A stretch of DNA of 64,000 bases from Takakia lepidozioides. Taxonomy: Eukaryota; Plantae; Bryophyta. The notes under the pieces are model-generated. The model searched no databases, was not told the origin of the DNA, and was given only the letters and a program-made list of their open reading frames with translations. Each line of letters begins with the position of its first letter. Position 1 is the stretch's first letter. The stretch is taken from assembly GCA_030704615.1 (NCBI GenBank), contig CM060731.1, positions 434,001 to 498,000 of the forward strand, written 5' to 3'. Of the stretch, positions 1 to 9,999 are shown one piece after another. A program made the translations under genes and the position numbers.

Positions 1-84
1 CCACTTGCTACCTGTACCATCTCGGTAGGCAGAGAGACCGTCAAGGGAAGTGCACTCCGCACTATACGTTGCTCAGCCATAGCC

Positions 85-1085
85 AAGCTGATAATCCAGG
101 TCAAGCAATTGAGATCCATTGTTTGCCCCAACAGCTGACGACGTGATGCCTCAGAAAGAGAAGACACTGCCGTGGTCCCAGTGGAAAATCCCATAGCCCA
201 ATCTCGCTCGTCGGCATTAGGCTCCACTAACTGTTGCAACTGGCTATCCCACAAGAGGCCCGGTCCACCATCCCGAAAAGCATGGGATCCTGGGAAGCTG
301 AGCAGTGTAGGTAATGCTGCTCGTGGTTGATCCACCCTGTTGACCACTGCCAAAGGCGAACGGTCATCGTGTCTCACACGTTGAGACTGCCTCCCTGTGT
401 CCAAAATGCCATCCACGGTGAGGTGTACTAGCCGCTGCACCCCATCAAATGCACGCTTGAGCAGTGCGGGTGGCATCAAGTTAGTCCACCAAAGCCGTGG
501 ACGATGAGCCCGTGACCCCACTGCAGCTGCATCCAGCAACACTACTGACCCAAGCCACGACCGGACTTGATGCACACTGGCCATCACCCTGGCCCGAGAA
601 TCACCCATCAGTGGCACATTCTCCAAGATGTATGTTGGAGATACAGCTTGATGAAGCTATGTAGTCCACCATGGCGTCGACGCTCAGCCTATACCAGGTT
701 CTGTCTGCCTTTGCCTCCGACTTGCCCGCATCATCTCCCAAAACAGACCCGTCCTCGAGTCTCGCAATCCATTGCCATGCCCGGCTGATGAATGCCCTTG
801 GCAGGGCCAACCTGCCACTACCAGATCAATGGAGCCAACTTGCTCCAAATCTTGCACCCCCAACAACGAAATGTCTGCTGGCAAGGCTTGTTGGTATCCA
901 CGAACTGCAGACACTGGCAACAAAACAGGGTACTGCTGTACCAACTGAGCAACATGGCGCAGTGAGACGCGTCATGCAGTCTCATCCCTCTCCACATACA
1001 GGTAACGTCGAACTCGTACACCTGCCTGTAGCACTGCAGCCAATCCAGTGCTGATCCCGCCAAACAAGTCCAGAAGGCATATGCC
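85..1085 (-). pseudogene. DNMT3-like C5 cytosine DNA methyltransferase domain inside the retrotransposon polyprotein
   Basis: Motif I LLDLFGGISTG (~1077-1045), II YVERD, III DISLL, IV DLVVAGWPCQGHS (WPC 809-801), VI YILENV (ENV 623-615), VIII DAAAVGSRAHRPRLWWTNL, IX EPNADERDWAMGFSTGTT, X SEASRRQLLGQTMDLNCL. The part below 656 was translated by hand because it is missing from the ORF track. Confidence 0.92.
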
Positions 1086-1489
1086 TTCATCCGGGCACTG
1101 CCACACAAGAGGTGTGGTGTCCAATGGCAACAACTGGGGTGGTCCTGGTGCAATCACCGCACTCTCCTCCTCTCCTGACGGTACGAAAGCTTCTACCCAA
1201 GCTTGTTGCACCCGTCCATCAGCAGCCTGCTGCAAATCCTTGCTCGTACTCCACAATGGAGTGTGAGCAACCATGGCAGGCAACTCCGCCATACCATGCA
1301 TGTCATCCTGTTCTGCTGGAGGTGGCACATCCTCTGCATGGGCATTGCCCTCCAGCAACTCTCCAGGCCAACTAACTGCAGCTGTAAAGGCGGCTAGTGT
1401 TGGCATCTTGCCCCGTTGGGCAGCCGCAATACCCCCAATGAATGTCACAGGGAGCTGTGCACGACGACCATCCCCTGACTGCCATCTAG

Positions 1490-1790
1490 GTCTGTAGGAT
1501 GCTGACTCCTCCCAAAAGTCCAGGGTGAAGCCCATGGGATATAACACTGCCCCACCAACGAGGACATTGTAAGAGACCGCGTCTGTCACAATGGCCTTGG
1601 CTCGCATCACTGAGCCATCTACAGGATGATTTGCTTGTAGTCCAATGGCCAACTCATGCCGTATCATGCCCCGAGCCTTATCCGCCTCCATGAGGCCCAA
1701 ACTTGCAATATCAGCTCTGCCCAACATCAGTGGCTGAGCTCCCGAGTCCAACAAGACCCGCAGTGGCCGGTACTTCTTGCTTGCCGGTCC
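1490..1790 (-). pseudogene. Retropepsin-type aspartic protease domain of the polyprotein
   Basis: RVLLDSGAQPLMLG (DSG at 1749-1741) and downstream YNVLVGGAVLYPMGFTLDF, the ILG-equivalent motif. Confidence 0.8.
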
Positions 1791-2381
1791 ACTCAAAGAG
1801 AAAATGCCATCCTGGTTGTCTAACAAGACAACTCCAGGTGTCACCATGGCGTGCTCAAAGGCTGGCCTAGCTGGCAGTTCCGTCAACCTGGCAGCTGCAG
1901 CTTGCCATGGCGCAGCCGTGGCAGTCTTGACCCTCAAATCTGAGGATCCCTCTGCCACTACACCTTCCAGTAACTCCACAGAAGATGAAGTGACCTCCCC
2001 ACTCTCACAAAGTGTTGCTGCTAGTCTGAACACTGCAGCTGGCCTTACCCCCAGCGTCGCAATCATGGTTGCTGAGAACAGTGGGGCTTGACATACAGAG
2101 GTGGCTGCCCCCAATAACACACCGGCTGCAGTAGCCTTGGTAGCAGGTGTCAGTGCTGCACGTGTAACTCTCCCCAATGGCATAGTAACCTCCGCCTCGG
2201 TAACAGTCGGGCGAGAACTAGGTGCCATGGATGGCGTCGACACAGTCTCCGCCAATGTGAATGACTGAGGAAGCCTCGCCTGATGGCTTGCCTGCCTACG
2301 CTGTGGATCCAATTCCACCTCTGCACCTCGTGGCTCAGGAACTCGTGCTGCTCCTCGAGTCACGGCTGCAGCAGATTCCAC

Positions 2382-3980
2382 CTACACTAGTGGTCCGCAC
2401 ATGAATCCCATGCCTCCCATATCTCCTCCCTCAGGAGCAGGAGGTGGACCATCCCGCCTTGGAGCCGGTACCACCTGAGCTATAGCCATGGCAGCGAGCC
2501 TCTGCTCTAGCTGCTGAAGCTTGTTGGCCATGCCTTGGTCAACACCCTGACCTCCGCGTCCTTGGCCATGTTGCGCTTGCCCTTGGCCTGCGCCTCGTGC
2601 CCGGCCACCTCGTCCTCTCTGGGCTGGTCCACCTCGCCCCCGGCCACCATTGTTCCCTTGGAACTGGCCTGGGCGCAACTCAGGATGCAAGTCATAACAC
2701 TGGGCATCTCCATGCCCGTACTTGCCATAATGCCCACACTGCAACTGTGTAGGCTGTGCTTATGCCGACCTTTTGCCACTCTCTGGGCAATCTCTCTTGA
2801 CATGGGGTCCTCCACATGTCCAACATATCACCCCTGGTTGTTGTTGGCTTGCAAAAGATGCTACTGGCCTCTGCACCTGAGGTCCCCTGTAAGCTCCATG
2901 AAATTTGGGTTGGGAAACCTTGCCCCCTTGACCACGCTGTTGGGCAGTCCCTTGTGCCTGTGGGCTGGTAGCTGCACCTCGTGCAGGCATGTCCTTGCCA
3001 AATCCAATGGTAACAACTCACTCCTCCACCATGTTGAGCTCAATCCGCTCAGCCAGCAGAAACACATCTGCTAATGTGGGTTGGGCTGCTTGTAACAGGG
3101 TTGCATCTCGCACCCTTCTCTTGAGCTCCTTGTCCAGAATTCCATACCAAAACTGGATTTCCTGAGCTTCAGTAACCCCTTGGGTCACACTTATCAAGCG
3201 TCTCATACGAGTGTACGCCTCTCGCATGCTCTCATTGGGTTTGCGCTGAAAGTCTTGCAAACTTCGCAGCTTCTTTGTCCGTACACCTTGGTAGTTCATC
3301 CGCAACTCCTGGAAGAACTCCACCACCGGGTTGAATCTAGGCACATGTGTTGTAGTCGTGGCAAGAGGAGTAGTAGCATCTTTTGAACTGGTACCACCTG
3401 CAGAAGTACCGGCACTACTTGTTCCACTACTAGTGCTGGCAGTGGGAGATATTGGTACTGATGCAGCTACTGGTCGCGTCGTGCCTCGAGTAATGGAGAC
3501 GTAGTCAGGTGACCAATACATCCTCCACTCCTCAATCTCTACTTTATGTCCTTGCCTGAACTCGTGGTAATCGTCCATAGGCGGGCCTTCCAAATGCTGG
3601 AACAGTCCCTTCCACGCCATGAATGGGGTGAATAGCTGTGGATTGCGCATCTGCTGCAAATCCCACCAGCTGTCGAACTCCTGGATAAAGTCATCCAACT
3701 CGATTGTGCCCACAGCTCCAGAATACCTACGAGGCCCCTTGGTAGCTCCATACATCTCCTCCATGTCGTCCCACAACAATGGCGAATGAAACTGCACACC
3801 TGTTGATGAAGCCTCCGAGTCTGTGTCTGACTCTGCACTAGTTGAGGGTGGAGGTGAAGGTGGTCTGAAACGAACACCTCGTCTGGTGAACCCACTCTCA
3901 CTGCTACTGCCTGTAGCCGTACTCCCCTCAGAACCCCTGGGTAACTCCGTGATGACACTCACAATGTGCACCTCCCCCAC
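2382..3980 (-). pseudogene. gag: Retrotransposon gag with two CCHC zinc knuckles, interrupted by in-frame stops
   Basis: Retrotrans_gag-like QRKPNESMREAYTRMRRL; knuckles CWTCGGPHVKRDC and degenerate CGHYGKYGHGDAQC; RGG-rich tail; stops at 3018-3020, 2760-2762, 2382-2384. Confidence 0.8.
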
Positions 3981-4557
3981 GTGACACTATAAGGCTCTAA
4001 TACTAATTCTAATAGTGACACGGGTAGGCACCTGTTGCAGTTTAAGGGTCATATCCCAGTGGCTCAAGGCACCTGCACCTGCATCCACCGCAAGAACTCC
4101 TATGGTTGGCTGGTCATCAACCCAGTCTCACCATAGAAGAAACACTGGTGGTCTTGCTGGTCATCACTCCAGCCTCACCACCGACAACATACTCTAGGAT
4201 TAACCGGTGATCAAATCCGGCCTAATCCCTATGAAAGCAAGCGCCCACACAAAACCAACATGGCGCACAGTCAAGCATGCAGGTGTTGGGGGGGATCCAA
4301 ATACAAGAAATCAAAACATCAACACCCCCACACCAAAAATCCATCTGCAGTGCTGACCTGCAGAATATCCCAGCCCAAAACCCCGGACTAACTGGCCTCC
4401 ACCAAGAGAGGCTTTGGCAACTACGAGTACAAGGTAATGAAAATAGTACAGAGATGGAGGGGAAGAATAGAAGCCCGCCCAAGCAAGATCTAATCCTGAT
4501 CTATGCTATCAACTGCCAGACTTCTCTCAAAGTGCCTCGCTCTGCATGATGGTAAGG

Positions 4558-5224
4558 TGTAGGAGGTATATCTATGTCCAGAAACCTGCCACTAACCTTG
4601 TCCCACTACAGTAGCTCGCTCTAACCAACCCTCCTCCTCTTTCTGCCAGGTAGAGACAAAGCAATACTCCCCTATCTCCCGCTCATCCAGTGACCGTTAT
4701 AAAGGGAGAATACCCATGCACTTTCGTGTTACCGCTTTCAACACACAGAAGCCTAACTTGCCATTGCACCCTCGTGTTTCTCTCTCATCTTCACACAAAA
4801 CCCACAAGTGCTAAAAACTAATTAAGCTCACATCTTGCACTCACAGATGCAAACTCATCTCTCTCGAGTGATAGAACAAGCTAAGAGACACACTGTTCAC
4901 ACCAGAAACAACATGAAATCCATCGCTATCACTCGTTAAAACAGAAGTCGAGCCAGGGGCACCCCAAGCTATGGGGACTCCACCCCACAACAACCTATAC
5001 TCCCATCATAAGCACACTCAGTCCTAAACGATGCAGGAGCTCGGTCGCGCAGGCTCAACTTGAGAGAGATGAGCTGCGCGACTGCCGCTCTCGTGAAGAT
5101 AAGGCGGTTCAGGTGTCAAACTAAACTTGACACCTGATTTAACACTTGACCTAAATCCAAGTGTTAAATACAAATAACTAGCTTTATTCTAGTTGTTTTC
5201 ACACTGTGCTTATTTAACTTGACA
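4558..5224 (-). repeat. Putative 5' LTR of the methyltransferase-carrying element
   Basis: On the minus strand it starts TGTCAAG exactly where the flanking PPR frame (…HADIVKA) breaks off, and ends CCTCCTACA. It contains a TATA-like TTTATAA. The partner LTR is not in the window; an alternative outer end lies at 4992. Confidence 0.45.
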
Positions 5225-6185
5225 CAGCTTTGACGATGTCAGCATGGACCTCTTTCCCATTTTCCAGGGCTCCCAGGCTTGCACACGCATTGCAAACACC
5301 AACAAAGGTGATGTGGTTGGGCTTCACCGGCCCTTCGCGCAGCATTTGCTCATAGGTCTCCAAAGCATTCCTACCACACCCATGTTAAATCCTGCCAACA
5401 TTATATTCAACAATTGAGGCATTCCGTTGAACACTAGGTGTGCATTCATGATGCTCTTGCACTTAACATACATGTTCACAAGGGTGTTGAGGAGAAAAAC
5501 ACTTGGCGTGAATCCACTTTGGATAATGTGAGTGTGCACCTGCTTTCCAGCTTCCAGACCCTTCATTTTGACGCACTTACGCAAGAGATAGACATATATA
5601 TCTGAATCTGTTGAAATGCTCCTTGGTTTAAAGGTTGTAGAGCCTCTTTTCAGTATGCCTGCCTCACAAAGCATCTTCACATGCCCAGAAGAGCCAAAAG
5701 AGCCATTATGGACTCCCTCTCTTGATCCTCTTTTAGAAGCTGTGGTCATGGTTGAGGTGCCTGATTTAAATCAGGGCTGCCAGGCCTGCAATGCACACAA
5801 ACATGATGTGGCCGGGCTGAACCCCTTCCCCCTTCATTTGCTCATAGGTCTCCAAAGCCTCCATCCCATGTCCCTGCTGTGCATACCCTGCAAGCATCGC
5901 ACTCCACGACACCACATCTCGTTCAGCCATAGTGTTGAACACTCCCTTTGCATCCTCGATGCACCCACATTTTGCATACATGTCCACTAGGGTATTGTTC
6001 AAAATGACATTTGGTACAATTCCAGCTCTGAAGGTGTCACCATGGACCTCCTTCCTCGTTTCAAGAGCTGCCAGGGCAGTGTTTAGAATGACATTAGGTA
6101 CAATTCCAGCTTTGATGATATCCCCATGCACCTCTTTGCCCTTCTCAAGGGCTGCTAGGCTTGCACAAGCATTGCAATGCACACA
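5225..6185 (-). pseudogene. Scrambled PLS-class pentatricopeptide repeat (PPR) gene fragments
   Basis: P/L/S motifs such as VDMYAKCGCIEDAKGVFNTMAERDVVSWSAMLAGYAQQGHGMEALETYEQM and LEAGKQVHTHIIQSGFTPSVFLLNTLVNMYVKC. Frameshifts, an internal duplication, and an N-terminal-like piece lying downstream of internal repeats. Confidence 0.85.
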
Positions 6186-8500
6186 TGGGACAAAGTAGAA
6201 CAACAAGAAACCCACATCATAGAGGAGAGAGAGGTTCTCACCTTATCACGACCTTTGACAAACACAAGAATGGGTTGGTTGGTGTCAAGAGGGCGAGGTC
6301 GGATTCGGCTGCCACCAGAACAACAGGATTGGATGCAAGCATACGTTTTCTTGACAGAGGAACTTCCTCCTCTTCTTGGCCTACCACTTCGGGCATCAGC
6401 TCCTGCTCCTTCAAAGGATTCTCCTTATGTGTGATAAGTGCATGTGCCTCATCCCAAACTTGTCTCTCTGATAAGAATGCTTTGCTTGGACATTCAGCAA
6501 TTGATTCATACCTGCTCTCGGACTGGGGCCAGGCATACACACATCAGAAAGGAAGACAAAGGATATGCCACCAACTGTAACCCTTGGCCATAATACATTA
6601 AGGGTGTACTCCCTGCAGGATGCCTTTCTAGAGCTATTGTAAGGCTTTGAACCGCAATATATCAAACCAGGTCAAGAGTGCTGAATTGCTTACAACAATC
6701 CCAAAAAAAGGAACGCATGAGTAAGAGAGAGAGAGAGGGTAGACACTGGCTGAAACAGACAAGCCAGAAAGAGCAGAGAAGACTGCATACCTCTCTATGG
6801 GACAACTGCTGATCCATGCTTGGGTCAACTGGGAGAGATGAACTCTCTGCACACATGGAGGCCATCATTTGCTGGCGACTGAGGGTTTTCCCCTGTAACA
6901 ACATACCTTCTTGGAAGCTCAAAGTTTCAGCATGCATCTTATCTCCCACTGTCCTCTCAAGAGGAGACTCTACCACCGTCTCCAATATCTTCCCATTTAG
7001 GCTCTCTGTGTGCTCAATATATTTGTAAACTTATCTAGTTTCAAAGCCTCTGAGAGTGCTGCCCCATTTTTTGGTTGCAGTCCCCTTATTTGCTCTGGAT
7101 CTATGCTTGCACATGAGCCTCAACCTCCTTTCCCAGAGCTGATGAATGGTCAAAGTGTATTGCTGCAGCCATCGCCTCTTCTTTGTGGAGCATGGATACC
7201 ATATCATGTATATCTGATGAATTCTCCACTGATTTTTCTTCGTTTTCTGCAGATGCAACTTCCTCCATTCCTGTAGCTTTCACTTTTAGGAATGCCTCCT
7301 GCACTCTTACACACTAACCATTCACAACTTCTCCATGTTGGCCCCAGGTCTGCAATACATCCTCTTCGTTGTCTTGCTGCCAGGAAACCTTTGCTTTCTC
7401 AAAAATATCAATCATAGTCTCCATGACTGTAGGGTTGGAGTCTGCTACTGTTCCTTCTCTTGGACTGTTGAGTGAACTTTCCTTCATCAAAGGGGCAATT
7501 TGATATGTCAATGCTACCGGGGTGCTGGGTAAAAGCTCAGACTGTATTGTGTGTATCTCAAGCTGAGGTGCCTTTGTGTCCATTTCACTCGGTGATAGTG
7601 CAGGTGTAACTCCATCTATTCCTGCTGAGACAATCTCAGACTCTTTGAGGTTCAATAGCAAGCCCTCTCTCTCAGATGCATTTCCCTTCTGTGATTTGGA
7701 TTGTGAAGGATGTGGCTCTTCGGCAGTTGCAATATAAGCAATGTCGTCCTCCATCTTATCAAGCAGACATTGTGAATTCCCTGCCTGTTGGAATATTGCT
7801 CGCTCCAATATGGGGAAAAGATCCTGCTCTCCCTCAGCAGGTCTTCCACGAACATTGTGCACTCAACCCTCATAGCATCACCTTGATGCTCTTCAGTTTT
7901 GAAATAGAGGGATCTATCATCCATCCTCTCCACTATAGACTGTGTCTCCGAATCTAGGACCTCTGCACAAGCAGTCAGTTGGGGTCTGCCTCCTCTCTCT
8001 ACCACATTTTCCTCTGTCAAACATTTGTCCCCTTCAACCTCGAGCTTCTCTTGTTCAGATACTTCTTCCATACTTACCAGCTCAATAACTAATTCAGACG
8101 TCATTCCCTGCTCATTAACAGCAGCCTTCTCTACTTTGTGAATGCCGTCTTGTTCCTTGACAGTATCTCCCTCTGGCTCCCTCAAAACAGAGTACATTTG
8201 TCTAGCAAAGTGAGCATGCTTATTACCATCTAATATCTCTTTCTTGGAAATCCCTTCCAGCTCCATGGCTGCAGACTCCCCTTCCTCAGAAATTTTGGCC
8301 TTCTTAAGAACACCCACCTCAGTACTTTTGGTGTTCTCTGTAAGATCTATCTGGTCCACCTTAGAAACACATGGGTTGCTCTTCACAGTTGCCTCCTCCT
8401 CCATACACTTTAAGCCACCGTCTGCAATCCCTCCCACTTCACTTGTGAGAGGGCAAAACAGGCTGAAATAGGTCAAAGAAGAAGGTGCCCTCACCACATT
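6186..8500 (-). pseudogene. Degenerate acidic low-complexity ORF pieces, probably transposon-derived
   Basis: Consecutive E-rich ORFs (7652..8497, 7314..7862, 7101..7304, 6662..6985, 6238..6540) joined by frameshifts; no domain recognised. Confidence 0.3.
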
Positions 8501-8749
8501 GTCCTTGAGCTTGTGTCATGACTTGACCGACCATCAACCCAAAAGGACCTCTTGTGTGTGCTGCTTGTGTCTGTAGTTAGGTAATGTCGGATTGGTCTGT
8601 GAGATCGAACCACCACGGTGCAGCTGAGTAGGCAGAGATTGAAACACGGCCTGCTAAGACCAAGCTAACTCTCCCAAGAACGGCGAGCTCGCAAGAATGT
8701 TGCGAGCTTCTCCTCGTCTCATCTCCTCCTCTTCTCCTCCTTCCTGCAT

Positions 8750-9986
8750 CATTTGCTCAACGCCTCCATCCCACGCCCCTGCATATCCTGCGATCATCGC
8801 GTTCTATCCCTCGGCTACATGATGTGGCGCAGGAGACAAAAAAAACGCCAAGTCCCAGCCCTCCTTTGTGTTCACGATTACCCTAATGGGCAACCTTATT
8901 AGCAACTTTTTAACTTTTAAAATCCTAATGGGCAACTTATTAGCAACTTTTTGACTTTTTAACCTTTTGCACTTTGATTCATTCTAGGTCAAAGGCTAAA
9001 ATCCTGCTACCAGACTTGTCTAGAAAACCGAAACACCACGTAAACAAACATTTGATAGTGGTAGTAAAATATATTACCATTGGGCTGGTTTGAACACTTG
9101 CTAGTAAAAACTTTCACTTTGAGTTATTGAAATTGAAATATACATTATAAATTATATTTTCATAATTACAGCTGTCAATGTTTGACTTAGGGGTGGTAGA
9201 ATAAAGGACTCCGTAATGAAACTTTTGATAGTTGTAGTGAATTGTTCTATTAATATCAGCACATTTCACTACGTGGTGCTAGAAATAGTGAAAAGTGGCA
9301 AATAGTGAAATTCATAGTAAATTACCGACGGTGCTGAAAACCGTAGTGTGTTGTAGTGCCTCGTTGTGTCTATCATTGCCCCTTCCTGCATGCTCAAGAA
9401 TAGGTTTGCAAAGCCTCTATCCCACGTCACTGCATATCCTGCGATCGTTGCGTTCCATGCTCTAGGCTTGTGGATACTAAGAAAACATATGGTGTGGCGG
9501 GAGACAAAAAAAACCCAAAAGGAGGCCAAGTCCTAGCCCTCTGTTCACGGCTGGCACCCTAATGGGCAACCCTATAAGCAACTTTTTGAAAAAATTTAAC
9601 TTTTTGCACTTTGATCATTGATGAATGAACTTATCCAATGGATGAATACATTCGTGTATGTGCCTTCAAAATGACACGTGTAGTGATGCAGTCGTATAAT
9701 TAGAGCTCTGAAACCATATTCAGTCATGAAGTCATACGATTCTAGGAAAATTCATCCACGTGTAGTCCTCCATATGACGCGAGTCATATAAACCATTCAT
9801 GTCATCATGGTCAACAATGTTTGACCAATGCTCCCTACCTTTCCGGAGTCATGTAGTGATATCCATTACTACAGAGTGATAAAACTATGACTGCAACGCA
9901 TTTCAGCGTTCTGTAGTCGTGTACCTAATGCCGTTTTTATGACTCCGCAAAAGCCGTAGTCCTAAAAACGCTCATCTCTTGTAGTG
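8750..9986. mobile_element. Two tandem units, each a short PPR fragment plus a shared ~100-bp block plus a CACTA (En/Spm) terminus
   Basis: TGTAGTG (reverse complement of CACTACA) at 9352-9358 and 9980-9986, preceded by AT-rich subterminal sequence with GTAGT repeats. NA(M/T)IAGYA fragments lie at ~8785 and ~9435. The gagacaaaaaaaa…ccctaatgggcaacc block is duplicated. Confidence 0.55.
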
Positions 9987-9999
9987 ATTCATTTCAGTG

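Larger units (their letters stand above)
1..5224 (-). mobile_element. Decayed LTR retrotransposon (probably Ty3/Gypsy-like): putative 5' LTR, gag, aspartic protease, C5 DNA methyltransferase; continues past the left edge of the window
   Basis: ORF pieces 3018..3980, 2760..2990, 2382..2744, 972..2381, 684..944 and an open frame from 656 to the window edge all lie in one minus-strand frame. They give gag (FIQEFDSW...LQDFQRKPNESMREAYTRMRRL), zinc knuckles, protease LLDSGA and MTase motifs. RT/integrase are not in the window, so the superfamily is inferred. Confidence 0.85.

Noticed and set aside
85-1085. Methyltransferase as a bacterial contaminant or a host DNMT3/DRM gene
   Set aside because: It is in frame with gag and protease, lacks a normal exon-intron structure, and is contiguous with plant sequence. 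The motif order is not DRM-permuted.
5109-5227. CRISPR-like reading of the hairpin array
   Set aside because: Units share no repeat sequence, there are no spacers or cas genes, and the context is eukaryotic.
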